Below are positions 39,925 through 50,682 of a stretch of 64,000 bases of DNA, piece after piece. Position 1 is the stretch's first letter. Each line of letters opens with the position of its first letter. Source of the DNA: Terriglobia bacterium (GTDB lineage Bacteria; Acidobacteriota; Terriglobia; 20CM-2-55-15); assembly GCA_965218585.1 (NCBI GenBank), contig CBDCLE010000002.1, forward strand, positions 480,001-544,000, in the 5' to 3' direction. The translations under genes were made by a program, and so were the position numbers. The notes below the pieces were generated by a model that saw only the letters and a list, made by a program, of their open reading frames with translations, made no database searches and was not told the DNA's origin.

Positions 39925-41661
39925 CCCGCATATTTCACCGATAGGACCAGAAAAGGCCGCCCTGTCTGGCATAAAGCGTTTTGAAATAAACGTTTAACAA
40001 GCCAAACGGAGACGGCCCTTATGAGAACAGAGTGTAACCAAACGACGTTCGAATTTCACGGACTTCTTCAACGAAAAGTGAAGGCGCGTTTTGACGGCGG
40101 AAAGATCACCTCCGACGCTGGGGTTCTGCTGTTGAGGGAAGTGGAAAAGCGAACGGGTCTGATCGCCGGACTGGCCGAGTGTTTCAGGGATTACCGGGAC
40201 GCGAGGTTGATCGAACACACGGTGAGCGAGTTATTGGGGCAGCGCGTCTACGGACTCTGTCTGGGCTACGAGGATCTGAACGATCATGACCAACTGCGGA
40301 CCGATCCGATGCTGGCCGTGGCGGTGGATAAGGCCGATCCACTGGGGGAGAAGCGGCGGCAGGCCCGAGACCGGGGAAAAGCGTTGGCGGGCAAGTGTAC
40401 GCTGAACCGGTTGGAACTGACCGGGGAGCAAGTCGATGGGAAGGAGCGGTACAAGAAGATGGCCATGGACCCGGACAAGATCGACCGCTGGATGGTGGAT
40501 GCATTTGTGGCGGCTCACGGATCGGCGCCCGAGGAGATTGTTCTGGACCTGGATGCGACCGATGATCCGATCCATGGCCATCAGGAAGGACGGTTCTTTC
40601 ACGGCTACTACGGCAACTACTGTTATCTGCCGCTCTACATCTTTTCGGGAGAGCATCTGCTATGCGCCCGGTTGCGGTGCTCCAATGTCGACGGTGCGGA
40701 CGGCGCCGTCGAGGAATTGAACCGCATCATCGGCCAGATCCGGCAGAGCTGGCCGGAGGTGTCGATTATCATCCGGGCCGACTCGGGCTTTTGCCGGGAT
40801 GAATTGCTGAGTTGGTGCGAGGCCCACCAGGTCGATTACGTGGTGGGTCTGGCCAAGAACGATCGGCTCAAGCGCGAGATCGCTGAATCGATGAGTCAGG
40901 CCGAAGCCGAGTTTAACGACACCGGGAAACCGGCGCGGGTGTTTAACGATTTCCGGTATCGCACTCGGAAGAGCTGGACCTGCACCCGACGCGTCATCGG
41001 CAAGGCCGAGTTCCTGGAGAAAGGCGCCAATCCTCGATTCGTTGTGACCTCACTGTCGCCGGAACGCCTGGACGCCCGCGCCCTCTATGAAGACTTTTAC
41101 TGTGCGCGGGGCGACATGGAAAATCGCATCAAGGAACAGCAGTTGGATCTATTCGCCGACCGGACCAGCGCGGCAACCATGCGCGCCAATCAACTCCGGC
41201 TCTATCTGTCCTCGGCCGCCTACATGCTCCTGCACGCGTTACGCCGTCTGGGACTGAAGAATACCGATCTGGCCCGCGCTCAGTGCCAGACGATCCGCTT
41301 GAAGCTCCTCAAGATCGGAGCTCAAGTCCGTCTGACGGTTCGCAACATCTGGATCTCCATGTCGGAAGCCTATCCCTACGCCGAGGTCTTTGCCCTCGTC
41401 CATCGAAACCTGCAGGCGCTTCCTCTGCGCTGCTGAGAACCGACCCGATCCCCTGCGCCAAAATCGACTCGCTCTTTTCGGCTCCGCCGAGGTTTGTCTC
41501 AGTGCGTTTCGTCACCCTCTTCTGAACCCGAAAACGCAGCAACTCCCGCTTGTCGACACCGCCGAGTCACGCCACACATGCCCAATTCGAACCCAGATCC
41601 TCCCGAATCCGATTCTTACTGCCCAAATCCCCCTGATCGCCGGACTGGTGAAACATGCGGG
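39925..41661 (+). mobile_element. IS1380 family insertion sequence (copy 1)
   Basis: IRs CCCGCATATTTCACC / GGTGAAACATGCGGG; flanks TTAG (left) and CTAG (right). Confidence 0.93.
40021..41436 (+). CDS. IS1380 family transposase
   Basis: FDGG.ITSDAG, GYEDLNDHD.LR.D, LDLDATDDP.HG.QE, RADSGF, RGDMENRIKE, ANQLRL. Confidence 0.95.
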   Translation: MRTECNQTTFEFHGLLQRKVKARFDGGKITSDAGVLLLREVEKRTGLIAGLAECFRDYRDARLIEHTVSELLGQRVYGLCLGYEDLNDHDQLRTDPMLAVAVDKADPLGEKRRQARDRGKALAGKCTLNRLELTGEQVDGKERYKKMAMDPDKIDRWMVDAFVAAHGSAPEEIVLDLDATDDPIHGHQEGRFFHGYYGNYCYLPLYIFSGEHLLCARLRCSNVDGADGAVEELNRIIGQIRQSWPEVSIIIRADSGFCRDELLSWCEAHQVDYVVGLAKNDRLKREIAESMSQAEAEFNDTGKPARVFNDFRYRTRKSWTCTRRVIGKAEFLEKGANPRFVVTSLSPERLDARALYEDFYCARGDMENRIKEQQLDLFADRTSAATMRANQLRLYLSSAAYMLLHALRRLGLKNTDLARAQCQTIRLKLLKIGAQVRLTVRNIWISMSEAYPYAEVFALVHRNLQALPLRC

Positions 41662-41861
41662 CTAGAGCAATCCCACCTGTAGACACGGCGTGTACCCATG
41701 ATGAATTCAGAATTTCTGCGGTCTCTTCCTTCCGGTTTGTCGTCTTAGGTTTTGAAGGCAGATGTCGAATCGTTCTGAAACGACGTTCGACTACCTAAGG
41801 AGGGCGAGGGATGATGATTATTAGGGACTTTTTGAGTGAAAGGACTTACTGTTCGTTCATT

Positions 41862-43226
41862 GAGGTCATTACAAAAGGTGTGTAAAAGTCATCAGGCGGC
41901 GGCCTTCGATTTCATCACGACTCTGATGCCGTCAGCGAATTGCTGACCATCATAGACCTCTTGTAAGAGTTCGGATCCTTTTAAGTGTCGCCAAGCCTTC
42001 TCAGCGACACGTAGTAGCTTCCAGATCATTGCCGTTGCATTCTCGACACGCTTGAATCGGCGAGCGGCGTTGGTGCGGAGGCGAACCATGTCGAAGGGCG
42101 ATTCGACGATGTTGGTTGTTCTCAGATGCACCCAGTGTTGTTTCGGGAACTCATAGAAAGTAATCATCCGGTCCCAGTCCCGCAACAGCGTCTCACCCGC
42201 TTTGGGATAGTTCTTCTCATATCGGCGGACGAACTGATCCCGCTTTCGTTCGCAGGCCGCGCGGGAGTTCGCGAAGGCCATCCCATGAAGCAGCTGTCTG
42301 GCCGCGGGCTGCTCGGTCTTCGGCAGATGATCGACCACGTTGATCGACTTGTGGTTCCAGCAGCGTTGTTCCTGGCCCTGGGGCTGTTGCTCGGCCAGCG
42401 CGGACCAGATGCCCAGGTGACCGTCCGCGACAGTCAGTCGTCCCAGCTTCAGGCCCCGTCTCTGGAGATTGCGCAGAATGCGGCTCCAGGACTCCTTGCT
42501 TTCCCGCTGCCCGCTCTCACAGGCCAACAGCACTTTGCGCCCGTCTGACAAGGCTCCGATGATCACCAGCAATGCCGCTCGCTCTTTCGCGATCCCCGCT
42601 TTCACGTACAAGCCGTCTGCCCACTGGTACACGACCTCGAGGCCGGACAGGTCCTGCTGGACCCACTCGTCATACTCCAACTGCCAGGTCGATTTCAGTC
42701 GTTGGATCGATGCTCGCGACAACGGAGCGCCAGCGCCAAGCAGTCCGCACATGGCCTGCTCGAAGTCCCCTGTGGCCAGACCGTGGAGGTAGAGATCGGG
42801 AAGTAGCTCGCCCAGCTGTTTCGATTTCCGTCGAAAATACGGCAGGATCTGACTCTCGAACCGCTCGGCGGTGTTTCGAACCCGAGGTCGTCGAACCTCC
42901 ATCGTACCGTTCATCATTGCGAAGCGTCGCGGTTTCCCGTGACCGTTCCGGTATCCTCGTCGATTCGGACTCCGCTCCAACTTTTCCCGACCCAGAAATT
43001 GAGTGACTTCGTCCTCGAGCAGCTCCTGTAGCCAGACTTGGACCCGGGATCGCGCCCAGTCCTCCAAACCTTCATACGCGTTCGTTGACGCCACTGATGC
43101 CGGTATGTTCTTCTTCTTCATGGGTGGTGTACCTTTCTCCCGATTGCTGCCGGGATTGCTTACGGTTCCGAATTCACCGAAAGCGTACACCGCCTTCTCT
43201 TTTTACACACCGATTGGAACGACCTC
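41862..43226 (-). mobile_element. IS256 family insertion sequence (copy A, 1365 bp)
   Basis: IRs GAGGTCATTACAAAAGGTGTGTAAAA / TTTTACACACCGATTGGAACGACCTC; 8-bp TSD CGTTCATT. Confidence 0.95.
41892..43121 (-). CDS. IS256 family transposase
   Basis: GYRNG, RPRVR, LYLHGL.TGDF, WADG.Y, ADG.LG.W, QRCWNHK, RTTN.VES.F; ATG 43121 preferred to GTG 43190. Confidence 0.93.
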   Translation of the reverse strand: MKKKNIPASVASTNAYEGLEDWARSRVQVWLQELLEDEVTQFLGREKLERSPNRRGYRNGHGKPRRFAMMNGTMEVRRPRVRNTAERFESQILPYFRRKSKQLGELLPDLYLHGLATGDFEQAMCGLLGAGAPLSRASIQRLKSTWQLEYDEWVQQDLSGLEVVYQWADGLYVKAGIAKERAALLVIIGALSDGRKVLLACESGQRESKESWSRILRNLQRRGLKLGRLTVADGHLGIWSALAEQQPQGQEQRCWNHKSINVVDHLPKTEQPAARQLLHGMAFANSRAACERKRDQFVRRYEKNYPKAGETLLRDWDRMITFYEFPKQHWVHLRTTNIVESPFDMVRLRTNAARRFKRVENATAMIWKLLRVAEKAWRHLKGSELLQEVYDGQQFADGIRVVMKSKAAA

Positions 43227-43883
43227 CGTTCATTCGGCTCGATGTCTTGGGGGGGACTCACCAATGCTAGCCAGGAACATTACCTATATCAGTAGTTTAT
43301 TGATTCTGCCTGCATTGTTTGGGCTTTTTTACGCGATTCGCGTTCTAACGGACGGTAACGCACTAAGCCAAACGAAGTGGTTTACATTGTCAATGATCGT
43401 CACAATGATCATTTTGGAACGACTCTACAAATATAGATACGCTGTTTCTCAGCGGTCTGTTCTAGCCAGGGATATCTCGTCTACGCTGGTCAATTTGCAT
43501 GTCACCGGTGCCGTGGCCGGACTGATCTTCTTACCTGTGCTGGCGTTCTTCCCAGAGTTCTTTTTCGGCCGCAATTTGTTCTTTGCTTCCTCAGATCAAC
43601 TCGGGCCGTTCTGGTTACAAGTTCCTGTGACTATGCTGTTGGTCAGTTTTTTTCGTTACTGGATGCATCGGCTGCAACATAAAGTCCCGTTTCTATGGGA
43701 GCTTCACGCATATCACCACGGCGTGACGGATCTAAAAGCCTCGAATCTGTTAGTTTCGCACCCCATTGATTACGCTCTTCGAAATGTTTTGGTGTTTACT
43801 CTGCTGGGTCTCATTGGATTCAATCCACTAGCCATTCTTGTCGGGGTCAGTGCGATCAGGGTAACCGCCGCCTTTTCTCATTG

Positions 43884-45248
43884 GAGGTCATTACAAAAGG
43901 TGTGTAAAAGTCATCAGGCGGCGGCCTTCGATTTCATCACGACTCTGATGCCGTCAGCGAATTGCTGACCATCATAGACCTCTTGTAAGAGTTCGGATCC
44001 TTTTAAGTGTCGCCAAGCCTTCTCAGCGACACGTAGTAGCTTCCAGATCATTGCCGTTGCATTCTCGACACGCTTGAATCGGCGAGCGGCGTTGGTGCGG
44101 AGGCGAACCATGTCGAAGGGCGACTCGACGATGTTGGTCGTTCTCAGATGCACCCAGTGTTGTTTCGGGAACTCATAGAAAGTGATCATCCGGTCCCAGT
44201 CCCGCAACAGCGTCTCACCCGCTTTGGGATAGTTCTTCTCATATCGGCGGACGAACTGATCCCGCTTTCGTTCGCAGGCCGCGCGGGAGTTCGCGAAGGC
44301 CATCCCATGGAGCAGCTGTCTGGCCGCGGGCTGCTCGGTCTTCGGCAGATGATCGACCACGTTGATCGACTTGTGGTTCCAGCAGCGTTGTTCCTGGCCC
44401 TGGGGCTGTTGCTCGGCCAGCGCGGACCAGATGCCCAGGTGACCGTCCGCGACAGTCAGCCGTCCCAGCTTCAGGCCCCGTCTCTGGAGATTGCGCAGAA
44501 TGCGGCTCCAGGACTCCTTGCTTTCCCGCTGCCCGCTCTCACAGGCCAACACCACTTTGCGCCCGTCTGACAAGGCTCCGATGATCACCAGCAATGCCGC
44601 TCGCTCTTTCGCGATCCCCGCTTTCACGTACAAGCCGTCTGCCCACTGGTACACGACCTCGAGGCCGGACAGGTCCTGCTGGACCCACTCGTCATACTCC
44701 AACTGCCAGGTCGATTTCAGTCGTTGGATCGATGCTCGCGACAACGGAGCGCCAGCGCCAAGCAGTCCGCGCATGGCCTGCTCGAAGTCCCCTGTGGCCA
44801 GACCGTGGAGGTAGAGATCGGGAAGTAGCTCGCCCAGCTGTTTCGATTTCCGTCGAAAATACGGCAGGATCTGACTCTCGAACCGCTCGGCGGTGTTTCG
44901 AACCCGAGGTCGTCGAACCTCCATCGTACCGTTCATCATTGCGAAGCGTCGCGGTTTCCCGTGACCGTTCCGGTATCCTCGTCGATTCGGACTCCGCTCC
45001 GACTTTTCCCGACCCAGAAATTGAGTGACTTCGTCCTCAAGCAGCTCCTGTAGCCAGACTCGGACCCGGGACCGCGCCCAGTCCTCCAAACCTTCATACG
45101 CGTTCGTTGACGCCACTGATGCCGGTATGTTCTTCTTCTTCATGGGTGGTGTACCTTTCTCCCGGTTGCTGCCGGGATTGCTTAGGGTTTCGAATTCACC
45201 GAAAGCGTACACCGCCTTCTCTTTTTACACACCGATTGGAACGACCTC
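43884..45248 (-). mobile_element. IS256 family insertion sequence (copy B, 1365 bp)
   Basis: Same IRs as copy A; 8-bp TSD TCTCATTG. Confidence 0.95.
43914..45143 (-). CDS. IS256 family transposase
   Basis: Near-identical to the copy A protein. Confidence 0.93.
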   Translation of the reverse strand: MKKKNIPASVASTNAYEGLEDWARSRVRVWLQELLEDEVTQFLGREKSERSPNRRGYRNGHGKPRRFAMMNGTMEVRRPRVRNTAERFESQILPYFRRKSKQLGELLPDLYLHGLATGDFEQAMRGLLGAGAPLSRASIQRLKSTWQLEYDEWVQQDLSGLEVVYQWADGLYVKAGIAKERAALLVIIGALSDGRKVVLACESGQRESKESWSRILRNLQRRGLKLGRLTVADGHLGIWSALAEQQPQGQEQRCWNHKSINVVDHLPKTEQPAARQLLHGMAFANSRAACERKRDQFVRRYEKNYPKAGETLLRDWDRMITFYEFPKQHWVHLRTTNIVESPFDMVRLRTNAARRFKRVENATAMIWKLLRVAEKAWRHLKGSELLQEVYDGQQFADGIRVVMKSKAAA

Positions 45249-45601
45249 TCTCATTGTGGCGGCGATGTAAAGGGAGGATTTCTGAACTATATATTTGTGA
45301 CTCCGGAGGTACACCGATGGCATCACTCTGCCAAGGTTCCCGCTGGCCACAAATATTCAGTCAATTACGGCGTGGGGTTCGTTGTCTGGGATCTAATATT
45401 CGGAACTTTCCATTTGCCCCAAAAGGATGGTCTTCCGGAACAGCCAGAACGACTAGGACATCCCGGCGGATCAGCCGACGAAAGTAACTATCTAAAATTG
45501 TTATTAGTGCCGTTGGGTCTCTATAGGCTGTTTCCTATTCTTAAGCGAACTTAGTGCTGTCGATCCTTTGCTCGAAATGACGGGCAAAAACCGAGGAGCG
45601 G

Positions 45602-47752
45602 TTGATCTTGTTAAGTCACGAGCAGACGTCGGGCCGCGAAGAACGGATCGGTGAAATCATAGCGTCCTGGCTTGATTTACTGAAACAGGGAGATTCTCCA
45701 TCGCCGGAGGAAGTCCTGGCACGTCATCCGCAGTTCGAGAAGGAACTGAGGGAGTTCTTTGAAAATGACGCGTTGGTTCGAGACGCCTTCAAGCCGTCGA
45801 ACGGCGCAGTCTGCTTTGGCGACGACTACGAAGTTCTCGGCGAGATTGGCCGTGGAGGAATGGGAATCGTTTACAAGTGCCATCAGAAGAGTCTGGACAA
45901 GATCGTTGCCATCAAGACGATTACCGGAGGTCCGCTAGCCACACAGAACGAGATCGAGAGAATCTGGAAGGAAGCACAGAAGGCAGCGAGCCTACACCAT
46001 CCGAACATCGTGACGGTGCATCAGATTGGCGAATACCAGGGCCGGCACTTCTTTGTAATGGAATACATTGAGGGCCAGAGTCTTGCGGATCTGATCCGCA
46101 GCGGGCCTCTGCCGCCAGCGAAAGCGGCGCACTATGTCAAGACGATCGCGGAAGCGATCCACTACGCGCATCAACGACAAATTCTGCATTGCGACGTCAA
46201 GCCGGCGAACATCCTGGTAGATGAAGAAGGAAAACCGTACGTGACGGATTTCGGATTGTCGAGGCGTCTGGGAGAGGGCGCGAAATATCTGCTTGCAAGC
46301 GCGTTGGGAGGAACGCCCGAATATATGGCGCCTGAGCAGGCAGCGAGCGGCGAATTGACGACGACAACGGACGTGTATGGGCTTGGTGCCACCCTGTATA
46401 CCTTGCTGACCGGACATCCTCCATTTCAGCTGACGGGTGAACCTCCATTTCATGTGACGACCCTGCTGGGGTTAATGAAACAGGTGCGCGGGGAAGATCC
46501 AAAACGCCCGAACGAGCGAAATCCATCGGTAGACAGAGATCTGGACGCGATCTGTATGAAGTGTCTCAACAAGGACAGGGACGGGCGTTACAGATCGGCA
46601 TACGGGTTGACAAGAGATCTCGCTCAATATCAAGCAGGCGAGGAGACCACCGCGCGCGTCTGGGACTGGAAAGAGCAGACGATAGGATGGCGCCGCCGAA
46701 ACCCTCTCGTCGCGGGCCTGATTTCAGCGGTGATCCTGACTTCAATAATGGCTGTGGTGATGGCAGTATCCATTGTCGATGTTCGCGAAGACGACATTCT
46801 TCAAGAGACACTCCAAAGCAACAGTTTTGCCGCAAGAGATCTCGCGCAGACGGCCTTGCTTCAGTTGAGGGATCTGGGCCGCGCCGTCGAACTGGCTGCC
46901 CGCGACACGACATTGTCCGGGCTCCTCGAGAGAGGGGATGTCGCTGGTCTGGGGCCATACCTTCAACAGATGTGCAGCCCGGAGTCCATCGTCTTTGCCA
47001 GTTGCTCTGTTATGGCTGCAGCCGGCGTCCAGCTAGCACGCTTCGCACCGGGTGAATTAAATCAACTCACGCCTGAAAGATTCAATTGGAGAGATTACTT
47101 TCAAGGTGCGACGATGCACAGCGGCCAGGAAGGAAGAAGGTCCGTTCATGTCTCGAAGGTCTATCTCAGCCGGAACGATGATCTCTACAAGTTTGCAATA
47201 TCGGCTCCGATACTGGGTGAGGACGGGCAGTTTCTCGGAGTCATCGTAAGCGGCGTGACGACAGATGCCGCCATGGGTCTGGTTGATCTCGAAGACGACC
47301 GTCGCACGGTAGCGCTCATGGCTCCCCGAGACACGGACCAGTCCGATTCGCCGGTCCGGCCCGATGCGGCGGTAATTCTCTTTCACCCGGCGTACGAGCA
47401 CGGCGTGCGTGCGGTCGAGTTCGAGCGGATGAATCCGATGCCCGCAATTAGGGAAGGAGTACACTACGCCGAGCTCGACGACTCCGAGCAACGCCTACCC
47501 GCTGATGACGACTATGCCGATCCTGTCGGGTACGTTGAGAGCGATTACGAGGGACGTTGGATCGCTGGATTTGCTCCGGTGGGGAGCAGTGGATTTGTAG
47601 TTATTGTCCAGGAACCTTACGAAGAAGCGTTGGCTCTGGATCTTTCGACTCTGAGAAATTTCATTCTCGGAAGCGCCATGATCATGCTACTGACGGTGAC
47701 TGCGGTTGCCGTAGTTCTATCGCGCTGGGTGAGACAACGGAGTCCGGTCTGA
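45602..47752 (+). CDS. Hanks-type Ser/Thr protein kinase with TM helices and an extracytoplasmic Cache-like sensor
   Basis: GRGGMG.VY, VAIK, HCDVKPANIL, DFG, GTPEYMAPE; TM, then RDYF...S.VY.S......AISAP, then a second TM. Confidence 0.92.
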   Translation: MILLSHEQTSGREERIGEIIASWLDLLKQGDSPSPEEVLARHPQFEKELREFFENDALVRDAFKPSNGAVCFGDDYEVLGEIGRGGMGIVYKCHQKSLDKIVAIKTITGGPLATQNEIERIWKEAQKAASLHHPNIVTVHQIGEYQGRHFFVMEYIEGQSLADLIRSGPLPPAKAAHYVKTIAEAIHYAHQRQILHCDVKPANILVDEEGKPYVTDFGLSRRLGEGAKYLLASALGGTPEYMAPEQAASGELTTTTDVYGLGATLYTLLTGHPPFQLTGEPPFHVTTLLGLMKQVRGEDPKRPNERNPSVDRDLDAICMKCLNKDRDGRYRSAYGLTRDLAQYQAGEETTARVWDWKEQTIGWRRRNPLVAGLISAVILTSIMAVVMAVSIVDVREDDILQETLQSNSFAARDLAQTALLQLRDLGRAVELAARDTTLSGLLERGDVAGLGPYLQQMCSPESIVFASCSVMAAAGVQLARFAPGELNQLTPERFNWRDYFQGATMHSGQEGRRSVHVSKVYLSRNDDLYKFAISAPILGEDGQFLGVIVSGVTTDAAMGLVDLEDDRRTVALMAPRDTDQSDSPVRPDAAVILFHPAYEHGVRAVEFERMNPMPAIREGVHYAELDDSEQRLPADDDYADPVGYVESDYEGRWIAGFAPVGSSGFVVIVQEPYEEALALDLSTLRNFILGSAMIMLLTVTAVAVVLSRWVRQRSPV

Positions 47753-47789
47753 TCACATTCAACGGAACATTCCAATCGGAGGGACGGTC

Positions 47790-48818
47790 ATGAACCACCT
47801 TTGTGGCACCGCCATCGCACTCACGGCCGTCGCGCTCTTTGCACCTGCCGTTGGCTTTGGACATCATTCCCGGGGACACTATGCGACCGAGATGACCGAA
47901 ATGGATGGGGAACTGGTCGACATAATTTGGGGGAATCCCCACGTATACTTTCGCCTGCGGACAACCGACACAGAAGGGCGGGAGCAGCTGTGGAGGATGG
48001 AGGCAGGTTCCTTGTACATGCTCTCGCGTGGAGGCGTCACTCGTGATTTGTTCGAAGTTGGAGAAGAAGTGTTGGTCGCTGGAAGGGTTTCCAATACCAG
48101 GCCGAACGACTTTCTTGTATCAAACATGCTGCTCGATAGTGGCTATGAAGTGCTGACGTTGCCAAATGGAACACCGCGTTGGGGCGAGCGGAGAATCGGT
48201 GGACGGGTACTGTGGGTTGCTGACGTCAATCGGCTGCAAGATACCGACCCGGGGCGCCGTGGAATCTTTCAGGTCTGGAGTGTTCCGAAGGAAGTTGATG
48301 GCTGGCGTAGGGCCAACCTGCCGTTCACCGAATCGGCTCTGGCATCTCGACGCAGCTGGGACCCTGACGAAAATTTTGCGATTCGGTGCGAGCCGCCCGG
48401 CATGCCGGACATCCTCAACGGCCAGCCACACCCTTTTGATTTCCTGGATGAAGGAGAAAGCATCCTGTTGCGGAGCGAGGAATTTGATGTTGTTCGGACG
48501 ATTCACATGGATCAAACAACGATTCCGAGCAACCAACCTCCATCACGTCTCGGATATTCAATCGGACATTGGGAGGGAGACAACAAACTGGTTGTGGAGA
48601 CGAAACGTATTGACTGGCCGTATTTCGACCGCAATGGAACAGCACAGGGTGAGATGGTCGAAACGCTCGAAGAGTTTATCTTGACGATGGACCAGGAGCG
48701 ACTGGACTATCACATAACGATTACCGATCCAGACACTTTTACTGAACCCGCTACCCTGGATCTCTACTATCTAGCCCTTGGTGAATCCGTCGAACCATAC
48801 GAATGTGAAGTGAACTAA
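47790..48818 (+). CDS. DUF6152 domain fused to the two-Cys partner domain
   Basis: Signal + GHHS...WGNPH...W.ME N-domain; C-domain RCEPPGMP, VRTIHMD, GYSIGHWEGD.KLVVET, PYEC. Confidence 0.8.
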   Translation: MNHLCGTAIALTAVALFAPAVGFGHHSRGHYATEMTEMDGELVDIIWGNPHVYFRLRTTDTEGREQLWRMEAGSLYMLSRGGVTRDLFEVGEEVLVAGRVSNTRPNDFLVSNMLLDSGYEVLTLPNGTPRWGERRIGGRVLWVADVNRLQDTDPGRRGIFQVWSVPKEVDGWRRANLPFTESALASRRSWDPDENFAIRCEPPGMPDILNGQPHPFDFLDEGESILLRSEEFDVVRTIHMDQTTIPSNQPPSRLGYSIGHWEGDNKLVVETKRIDWPYFDRNGTAQGEMVETLEEFILTMDQERLDYHITITDPDTFTEPATLDLYYLALGESVEPYECEVN

Positions 48819-48836
48819 CGCTTGGTCGTGGGGTTG

Positions 48837-49373
48837 CTATATCTTTTCTATGGTGCTGCCGACTTCAATTGAACCCGCTGAAACAACCTTGACGTAGACG
48901 CCGCGGAGCCGAAGTGGGCGGCCTTCCGCGGAATTGACGAATCGGAGGGCATCGGCGCCGAATCGCTTCGAAAACTTGCTGCATCCGGTATGAGGCTTGG
49001 GGCTGATCTCGAGAATTGCCGTGCCCATGCGCAGTCTTTGTCCTACTGAAAGATTCGCTTCACTAAGGTCCATGTCCGCGAAAAACTGGTCACCTGAGAG
49101 CGTCTGCTGGTCGGGTCCTTCCCCAAGCAACTCGATCATCCGTGTATTCATGATCGTGATCTGAGCCATGGGATCAGGGGTTTTGCTCCCATACCTTTGG
49201 GTCCAGTTGTCCCCATGGACTCCCTGCCCGGGACTGACCTCGCAAGTGGTGAGCAGCACGCGCTCGTTGGTTCGAGGTCGAATCATGATGCAGGTGATCT
49301 TCCCACCGTCTTTCGGAGATTCGCGGAGCCAGTCGAGCTTGGCTTCCAATTCCCTGGTGGCTGCATGGGTCAC
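48837..49373 (-). CDS. MOSC domain protein
   Basis: G.HGDNW, GDQ...D.DLS..NL..G, PHTGCSKF..RFG, RG.Y..V...G.I..G. Confidence 0.85.
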   Translation of the reverse strand: MTHAATRELEAKLDWLRESPKDGGKITCIMIRPRTNERVLLTTCEVSPGQGVHGDNWTQRYGSKTPDPMAQITIMNTRMIELLGEGPDQQTLSGDQFFADMDLSEANLSVGQRLRMGTAILEISPKPHTGCSKFSKRFGADALRFVNSAEGRPLRLRGVYVKVVSAGSIEVGSTIEKI

Positions 49374-49453
49374 GTCTGGCTGTCCTCGTCCGCCGGCACC
49401 ATCGCGAGCAATGCTTGTGTGGGTGTGTCGCGCTCAGACATCGTTCAGGCGTT

Positions 49454-50671
49454 CTAACTGTGGCGGCTGACAAACCGGCCCATCCTATCCAGGGCCTCTT
49501 CGATCTCATCGACGCTGACGGCATAACAACACCTGATAAAGCCCTCGCCGGACGGACCGAAAGCGTTGCCGGGGACCACGGCCACCTTGTCTTCGACGAG
49601 AAGCTTCTCGGTAAATTCTTCAGACGTCATTCCTGTAGAGCGAATCGAAGGAAAGGCGTAGAAAGCGCCCTGCGGCTGGTTCGGTTCCAGCCCGATCTTT
49701 GCCAGACCCTCGAGTAGCAACTTACGACGCTGGTTATAGGCCTCCCGCATTTCGCGAACATCCGGTTCGCCATGCCGCAAGGCCTCGAGGGCAGCGGCCT
49801 GGGCTGAGGTGGGGGCACACATCAATGTGTACTGGTGGATCTTCATCATGGCGGTGATGAGATCAGCTGGGGCGCACACGTAGCCAAGTCGCCATCCTGT
49901 CATCGCAAACGCTTTGGAAAAGCCCCCGACCGTGACGGTGCGATCGTTCATTCCGGGGAGGGAAGCGAACGGAACGAATGGTTCTTCCGAGTAAACGAGC
50001 CGGTCATAGATTTCATCGGAGACAACGAGCAGATCGTGTTCCTCGGCGAGGGCCGCAATGCTCTCAAGAGTCTTCCGATCCAGCAATGCTCCCGTCGGGT
50101 TTGACGGGTTGTTCAGCAGAAGCACTCGGCTCCATTCCGTGATGTGTGCGGTGATATCCTCGGCCTGAAGGCAGAACCCGTCTTCGGAGCGCGTTGGCAC
50201 GGTTCGAGAAACGCCACCTGCGAGTTGGATGATCGGAGAATAGGCCACATAACCCGGATCCGCGCTGATGACTTCATCGCCGGGATCGAGTGTGGCCCGC
50301 ATGGCCAGATCGATGGCTTCGCTCGCCCCCACTGTGATCAGAATTTCCGACTCGGGGTCGTACCCCAGTCCGTACAAGCGCTCGAGGTAGGACGAAACCT
50401 CCTTGCGGAGTTCCAGGATCCCCAGGTTCGAGGTGTAATAGGTGTGACCGCCCTCTACCGAATAGATGGCTGCTTCGCGTACATGCCATGGCGTGACAAA
50501 GTCCGGTTCTCCGACACCCAGAGAAATGATGCCGTCTGTCGAGACAACCAGGTCGAAGAAACGCCGCAGGCCCGATGAGGGGATTTCCTGGACGCGTTGC
50601 GAAATTCGCCCCTCGGCCCCCGACTTCGCGCGTCCGTCTTTAGAAGAGAACGGTATGGGTCGCTTGGCCAT
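49454..50671 (-). CDS. PLP-dependent aminotransferase class I/II
   Basis: LGVGEPDF.TP, PSNPTG, SDEIY, GFSKAFAMTGWRLG, GAFY.F, VPG.AFG. Confidence 0.93.
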   Translation of the reverse strand: MAKRPIPFSSKDGRAKSGAEGRISQRVQEIPSSGLRRFFDLVVSTDGIISLGVGEPDFVTPWHVREAAIYSVEGGHTYYTSNLGILELRKEVSSYLERLYGLGYDPESEILITVGASEAIDLAMRATLDPGDEVISADPGYVAYSPIIQLAGGVSRTVPTRSEDGFCLQAEDITAHITEWSRVLLLNNPSNPTGALLDRKTLESIAALAEEHDLLVVSDEIYDRLVYSEEPFVPFASLPGMNDRTVTVGGFSKAFAMTGWRLGYVCAPADLITAMMKIHQYTLMCAPTSAQAAALEALRHGEPDVREMREAYNQRRKLLLEGLAKIGLEPNQPQGAFYAFPSIRSTGMTSEEFTEKLLVEDKVAVVPGNAFGPSGEGFIRCCYAVSVDEIEEALDRMGRFVSRHS

Positions 50672-50682
50672 CGATCAGTTCT

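Larger units (their letters stand above)
43264..45554 (+). pseudogene. Sterol desaturase / fatty-acid hydroxylase family gene split by IS256 copy B
   Basis: His boxes YWMHRLQH and LHAYHH lie before the IS; HRWHH, NYG and WD..FGT lie after it. Removing the IS and one TSD restores ...AAFSH-CGGDVK... in frame. Confidence 0.9.

Noticed and set aside
43003-43968. 321-aa ORF as a novel fusion protein
   Set aside because: It is a chimera of antisense IS256 sequence and the 5' part of the interrupted desaturase.
41862-45248. Composite transposon or tandem duplication of IS256
   Set aside because: Each copy has its own 8-bp TSD.
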